Of a DNA stretch of 32,000 bases, positions 28,488 to 32,000 are shown piece by piece. The notes beneath the pieces were generated by a model that was given only the letters and a program-made list of their open reading frames with translations, was not told the origin of the DNA and searched no databases. Source of the stretch: Thermoproteus tenax Kra 1 (GTDB taxonomy: Archaea > Thermoproteota > Thermoprotei > Thermoproteales > Thermoproteaceae); NCBI RefSeq assembly GCF_000253055.1, contig NC_016070.1, forward strand, positions 1,470,001-1,502,000. Reading direction: 5' to 3'. Position 1 is the stretch's first letter. Each line of letters begins with the position of its first letter. A program made the position numbers and the translations under genes.

Positions 28488-28526
28488 GACGGTGTGTGCG
28501 GGCCTCTATAAAACATTTATCTATTA

Positions 28527-28586
28527 TTTGGTCAGCCAAAGCGCCACCGGCCACCGAGGCCTGTAACCCTGACTACATCACCGTTA
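28527..28586 (-). ncRNA. Candidate C/D-box sRNA
   Basis: Minus strand: C-like box GTGATGT (28575-28581), D box CTGA (28532-28535), degenerate internal GGTGGCC, TATA-like AAAATATAC about 25 nt upstream. No clean D'/C' seen. Confidence 0.3.
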
Positions 28587-28722
28587 TAAAGGATACAATG
28601 TATATTTTAATGTTGGTGAAGAGGAGCGACGCCCCGAGAGGTGAGGAGTAGGAGGTGAGCGCGGATCTTGCCGTAGGCCATCAGGGGCTTAAAGAAATAT
28701 TAATGACGTCATCTTAGTCCCG

Positions 28723-29514
28723 GTGCTCGGCAGGCTTGAGTCCATAGTCTCAAAGGCATCGTGGCTGCTGTGGACTGAGTTCTCCAACGGAGAGGGTAGC
28801 GAGATAGTCGGAAGACACGGCGATGACGTATCTAGGGCTATCGACGTGAAAATAGAGCGGTATATATACGAGGCGCTGAAGAGCTCGTTCAGCGGCGGGA
28901 TCCTCATAGCGGAGGAGGGCGGCGTTTACACTTGGGGGGATCAAAGGCACGTCTTCGTCCTGGACCCCCTTGACGGCTCCCTCAATTATGCATTGGGCAT
29001 ACCTGTGTTCACTATATCTCTAGCGGCAGGCATATATAAGAACGGAGATCTCTCAGACCTGCAGTACGCCGTTTTGGCGGTTCCGTCCAAGGGCGAGATC
29101 TACAGCGTAGGCCCTGGCATACCTCCAGCCAGGAATGGCCGCCCCGTGGCGAGACGGCCTGAGGCCAACAAGGTTGTGTTCTTCGCCGTCAGCGACTCGG
29201 TACCGCAGGAGGCTCTAAAGAGGATAACATCCAAGGGGTTCAAAATCAGAACCCTCGGCTGTTCAAGCTACGAGCTGTTGCTCACCGCTCTGGGCTACTC
29301 GTCAGGCTTCGTGGATCTGAGGGGAAAGCTTAGAGCCCTTGACATAGTCTCCTCCCTCTTAATAGGCAGAGCGCTGGGGCTGAACTATGTGCTACTAGGA
29401 GATTACTCACTGAAGTCGGAGGGAATCTCTTTATTGGCTGGCCCCACAGAGCTCATAAATGAGCTCAAGAACTTTGGAGGAGGAAACAAAGGAGTTTCTA
29501 TTGCGTCTATCTGA
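28723..29514 (+). CDS. Inositol monophosphatase / FBPase family protein
   Basis: ..GDDVSRAIDVKIERYIYEALKSSFSGGILIAEEGG..VFVLDPLDGSLNYALGIPVFTISLAAG..; GTG start, TATA-like AAATATTAAT upstream. Confidence 0.88.
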   Translation: MLGRLESIVSKASWLLWTEFSNGEGSEIVGRHGDDVSRAIDVKIERYIYEALKSSFSGGILIAEEGGVYTWGDQRHVFVLDPLDGSLNYALGIPVFTISLAAGIYKNGDLSDLQYAVLAVPSKGEIYSVGPGIPPARNGRPVARRPEANKVVFFAVSDSVPQEALKRITSKGFKIRTLGCSSYELLLTALGYSSGFVDLRGKLRALDIVSSLLIGRALGLNYVLLGDYSLKSEGISLLAGPTELINELKNFGGGNKGVSIASI

Positions 29515-29878
29515 CATTCTGAACGTCCGTATATCTAAAGTCCTCGATTTCTATTTCTCAGTGAGGCCGGCTAAGGCCAGAATCTTGGAGTTGGTGGAGG
29601 AGGGCGGAAAAATAGTGGGCATCAGAATGGCGGTGCAGTCCAACACGAGGAGAGATCTGTGGCACTACGTGATGGTAGGCCGTTACGGAGCAAAGTGCAC
29701 GTGCGAGGCCAATACGATCAGAGGCCAGATATGCAGACACATCATAATAGCGTTGATAACCTGGAACATGGTATCACTGATAAAGACGGGCAAAGGTGTG
29801 GAGCTAGAGAGCCTGAGCTGGCTCAGGGGCACTAGAAGAGTCGAGAGCTCGGAAGAGAATGCGGGGGGTGGGATTTGA
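29459..29878 (+). CDS. SWIM zinc-finger protein
   Basis: CxCx(n)CxH in KCTCEANTIRGQICRHIIIALITW; ATG 29459 overlaps the previous gene by 56 nt; TTG 29501 preceded by GGAG is an alternative start. Confidence 0.78.
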   Translation: MSSRTLEEETKEFLLRLSDILNVRISKVLDFYFSVRPAKARILELVEEGGKIVGIRMAVQSNTRRDLWHYVMVGRYGAKCTCEANTIRGQICRHIIIALITWNMVSLIKTGKGVELESLSWLRGTRRVESSEENAGGGI

Positions 29879-29962
29879 ACCCACGCAGGCCTACGCCACA
29901 GGGACCTCTGGGCCAGCATCGCTGTGAACCCTGCCCCTTTGACCTGGCTCGGGCACCCCCGC
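29860..29962 (-). tRNA. tRNA-Leu(CAG) with an 18-nt intron between positions 34 and 35
   Basis: Exons identical to 27351..27453 apart from the wobble base; precursor loop TTC-[ACAGCGATGCTGGCCCAG]-AGGT; spliced loop TTCAGGT. Confidence 0.92.
29908..29925 (-). other. tRNA-Leu(CAG) intron
   Basis: 3-nt bulge TCA, inner helix CAGC/GCTG, central helix GGGT/GCCC, 3-nt bulge AGA; cuts TC^A and AG^A. Confidence 0.7.
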
Positions 29963-29985
29963 GTCTCTGATATAAACTGCTCAGT

Positions 29986-30438
29986 TTAAAATTTTTCAGC
30001 CCCTTGTTCGATCAGCTCCAACTTAATTGTTCTAAGCTTTTCAACGACCTCGTGTATGTATCTGTCGACGCGTGAAGGATCAATGCCCTTCCGGCTCAGC
30101 TCCCTTTTTACAACCTCGATGACTACATCATATTTTTTATACTGCTCATTCAGTCGGCGCCAAGGTATTCCCCTTAAGGCATCCTTGAGTTCGTTATCTA
30201 CGGGCAAGGCGCCCTTGAGCATCATAAAGGCAACGATGGGATAGCCTATATAACCTCTATATTTCGTGCCGTTATCGTCACTATAGGCCAGACCGCGAGC
30301 TAAATCCAGATAGACTCTGTAGGTTCTTTGTCCGTCGGATGATATCACCTCAGCCTCTTTATCGTCCAACGCCTTTATCCTACCGTCTGCTATTGCCGAG
30401 AGGGCCTCTAAGATCTTGATACGCGGCGGCAACCGCAT
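29986..30438 (-). CDS. Conserved-looking hypothetical protein, 150 aa
   Basis: MRLPPRIKILEALSAIADGRIKALDDKEAEVISSDGQRTYRVYLD..; the 120-residue N-terminal extension in the track covers secG in another frame and is rejected. Confidence 0.75.
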   Translation of the reverse strand: MRLPPRIKILEALSAIADGRIKALDDKEAEVISSDGQRTYRVYLDLARGLAYSDDNGTKYRGYIGYPIVAFMMLKGALPVDNELKDALRGIPWRRLNEQYKKYDVVIEVVKRELSRKGIDPSRVDRYIHEVVEKLRTIKLELIEQGAEKF

Positions 30439-30608
30439 CAGATCCTGAGTAGATTCAAGGCGATCACTATGCTCATTACGACCAACGAGACGATGACTAC
30501 GACCTTGGGGCTCAGCTTTATCTTCTCTATTTCGCCCTCTCTGCTGAAGTTGAGAAGGCCGGCCGCCGTGAATAAGTTCAAGTCGCGCGCCCTCCTTCTC
30601 CTCGCCAT
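30438..30608 (-). CDS. secG: Preprotein translocase subunit Sec61-beta (SecG), 56 aa; missing from the track
   Basis: MARRRRARDLNLFTAAGLLNFSREGEIEKIKLSPKVVVIVSLVVMSIVIALNLLRI: basic N-terminus, F-TAAGLLNF motif, K-(I/L)-SP-K-VVV then one TM. Stop overlaps the next start (TGATG); TATA-like box 23 nt upstream. Confidence 0.9.
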   Translation of the reverse strand: MARRRRARDLNLFTAAGLLNFSREGEIEKIKLSPKVVVIVSLVVMSIVIALNLLRI

Positions 30609-30626
30609 GGATGCTAATAATCAGCA

Positions 30627-30634
30627 ATATAAAA
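30627..30634. promoter_or_regulatory. Single TATA-like box centred between divergent starts 30608(-, secG) and 30653(+, tatD)
   Basis: ATATAAAA, centre and midpoint of the starts both 30630.5. Confidence 0.6.
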
Positions 30635-30652
30635 GCATGATCTCTCCTCCCC

Positions 30653-31498
30653 GTGAGGATCTTCGATAACCACGCACACGCAAACGAGTTTACGGGCATC
30701 GGCGCCGAGGAGGTAGTCAAAAGGTTCAAACGGGCGGGGGGCACCGGCATTATCTTCGTCTCGCTCCTGACCTGGTCTATAGGCGGATCGCCGGGCGACA
30801 AAGACTGGGTTGTAAGGATCTACGAGCACACTGTGAGGAATGCCCAGATAGCGCGCTCCCAGGGCCTTATATCTGGCGCCATCGTCGGCATCCATCCGGC
30901 TGAGTGCGCAAGCTTGGTGGAGCATGGATGGAGCGAGGAGGACGTAGAGGAGTTCATGAGGTGGACAATAGATCTGGCTGCGCGTTACGTAAGCGAGGGA
31001 AAGGCGGTGGGATTCGGCGAATACGGTAGACCTCACTGGGACGCAACGACAGGGATAGTGAGCCTCTGCAACAGAGTATTAGAGTATGCGCTTGAGAGAG
31101 CCAAAGATGTGGACGCCGCAGTCCACCTACATCTTGAAAGAAGAGGGGAACAGACTGTCATGAGCGTAGCCGAGATTGCTAGAAGGGCGGGCTCCCGTGC
31201 CCATTCTGTGGTAATGCACCACATAGAGCCCGGCGTAGCCAAGTTGGCTTGGGAGAAGGGGCTCATGCCCTCAATACCTATAGGCCGCAGAGGCGAATTG
31301 GAGTCGGCGTTGAGGATGGAGCCGATATATGTCGTAGAAAGCGACTATATAGATGACAATAAAAGGCCAGGCGCCGTTATACCTCCCTGGAGCTTGGCGA
31401 ACAAGCTTAGAAACGCTGTATATAGAGGCATTGTAACTGAGACATATATAGATACCCTCTTTGACAATGCAATAAAGATATACAGATTGCTCCAGTGA
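30653..31498 (+). CDS. TatD family metal-dependent hydrolase
   Basis: MRIFDNHAHANEFTGIG..VGIHPAECASLV..KAVGFGEYGRPHWDATT..AAVHLHLERRGEQTV..HSVVMHHIEPG..VESDYIDD; GTG start. Confidence 0.88.
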   Translation: MRIFDNHAHANEFTGIGAEEVVKRFKRAGGTGIIFVSLLTWSIGGSPGDKDWVVRIYEHTVRNAQIARSQGLISGAIVGIHPAECASLVEHGWSEEDVEEFMRWTIDLAARYVSEGKAVGFGEYGRPHWDATTGIVSLCNRVLEYALERAKDVDAAVHLHLERRGEQTVMSVAEIARRAGSRAHSVVMHHIEPGVAKLAWEKGLMPSIPIGRRGELESALRMEPIYVVESDYIDDNKRPGAVIPPWSLANKLRNAVYRGIVTETYIDTLFDNAIKIYRLLQ

Positions 31499-31594
31499 GC
31501 TGCGCAAGACCCCCTATTGCTGTTCTACATCTGCAAGGGACAAGACAGCTGTGCAGGCTAGGGCTAAAAATTAGGGCTCGGTTTATGCAAAGAG

Positions 31595-32000
31595 TCAGCG
31601 CCTTAGTTCATACAGGACCTTCTTGAAAGCCGCGGCGGTATCTACAGCGTCCTCCGGCGTTAGATTGGGCAGAACCAACAACGAGACCACTCTCTCTGCA
31701 GCCCACTCCGCGTTGGGCAGACGCTCGTATGCCACCTTCCTTCCGTAATACGGACAAGTCCAAGGACATCCCCTCCCGTGGCCCTCCAAGTTTTTAAACA
31801 ACGGAGTTCGGTACAGAGGAGTTGGATAGGCGACAAAGACATTGCCTATACCCTCGCGCCTCAAGGCCTCAACGACGAAATCGCGAGGTCTCCTCAGCCT
31901 CTCTACCGAGAGGAGTAGCTGTACTAAATGCCAACTGTGTTTCACGTAGGGCCTAGGCTTGATTGCCACGAGCAGGTCTCCGTCTAAGGGAGCCAACTCG
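31595..32000 (-). CDS. C-terminal part of a DegT/DnrJ/EryC1-type aminotransferase (runs off the right edge)
   Basis: ..HGRGCPWTCPYYGRKVAYERLPNAEWAAERVVSLLVLPNLTPEDAVDTAAAFKKVLYELRR; the track start 31996 is a TTG with open frame continuing past the window end. Confidence 0.65.
   Translation of the reverse strand, partial: ELAPLDGDLLVAIKPRPYVKHSWHLVQLLLSVERLRRPRDFVVEALRREGIGNVFVAYPTPLYRTPLFKNLEGHGRGCPWTCPYYGRKVAYERLPNAEWAAERVVSLLVLPNLTPEDAVDTAAAFKKVLYELRR

Noticed and set aside
27454-29859. tRNA-flanked cassette as an integrated mobile element
   Set aside because: The genes between the repeats (GGGP synthase, Elf1, IMPase, SWIM) are chromosomal-type, with no integrase, and both tRNAs are complete with introns. 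The repeat looks like a tRNA gene duplication, not att sites.
29986-30801. 271-aa version of the conserved protein in the track
   Set aside because: The N-terminal part overlaps secG in a different frame and the start of tatD; the coupled ATG at 30438 is a better start.
31595-31996. Complete 133-aa protein starting at 31996
   Set aside because: The start is a TTG and the frame stays open to the window end; the sequence looks like only the C-terminal part of a DegT-type aminotransferase.
1-32000. CRISPR arrays, transposases, toxin-antitoxin or defence genes
   Set aside because: No regularly spaced repeats or recognisable cas, transposase, toxin or restriction proteins seen on either strand.

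Overview
This 32 kb window reads as ordinary, densely packed crenarchaeal chromosome, most likely Thermoproteales (inference from gene content, leaderless-type promoters and tRNA introns). It carries a V/A-ATPase (F, E, A) to RNA polymerase (H, B) block, carS, a B12-type radical SAM protein, radA, a Trm5-type methyltransferase, DUF2070, a family-4 uracil-DNA glycosylase, a RimK-type ATP-grasp ligase, a Xaa-Pro dipeptidase, an HD phosphohydrolase, a geranylgeranyl-reductase-family protein, signal peptidase I, thermosome, rpoK, GGGP synthase, Elf1, an IMPase-family phosphatase, a SWIM protein, TatD and the end of a DegT-type aminotransferase. There are three class II tRNA genes, each with an apparent 18-nt intron. 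I saw no CRISPR array, transposon or defence island. The most interesting observations are: (1) six divergent gene pairs whose start codons are 42-48 bp apart, with a single A/T-rich box on the midpoint, as if one TATA box served both directions; (2) a Sec61-beta/SecG gene (56 aa) absent from the supplied ORF track, which creates one of those six pairs; (3) two tRNA-Leu genes (GAG and CAG), identical except for the wobble base and an intron with compensatory changes, forming a 103-bp direct repeat around a 2.4 kb cassette; (4) a CdvA-like protein in a lineage reported to lack Cdv division proteins; (5) small zinc-ribbon and other short ORFs below the track cutoff; (6) a candidate C/D-box sRNA. 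One ORF in the supplied track (18379..18708) is labelled + but encodes its protein on the - strand.
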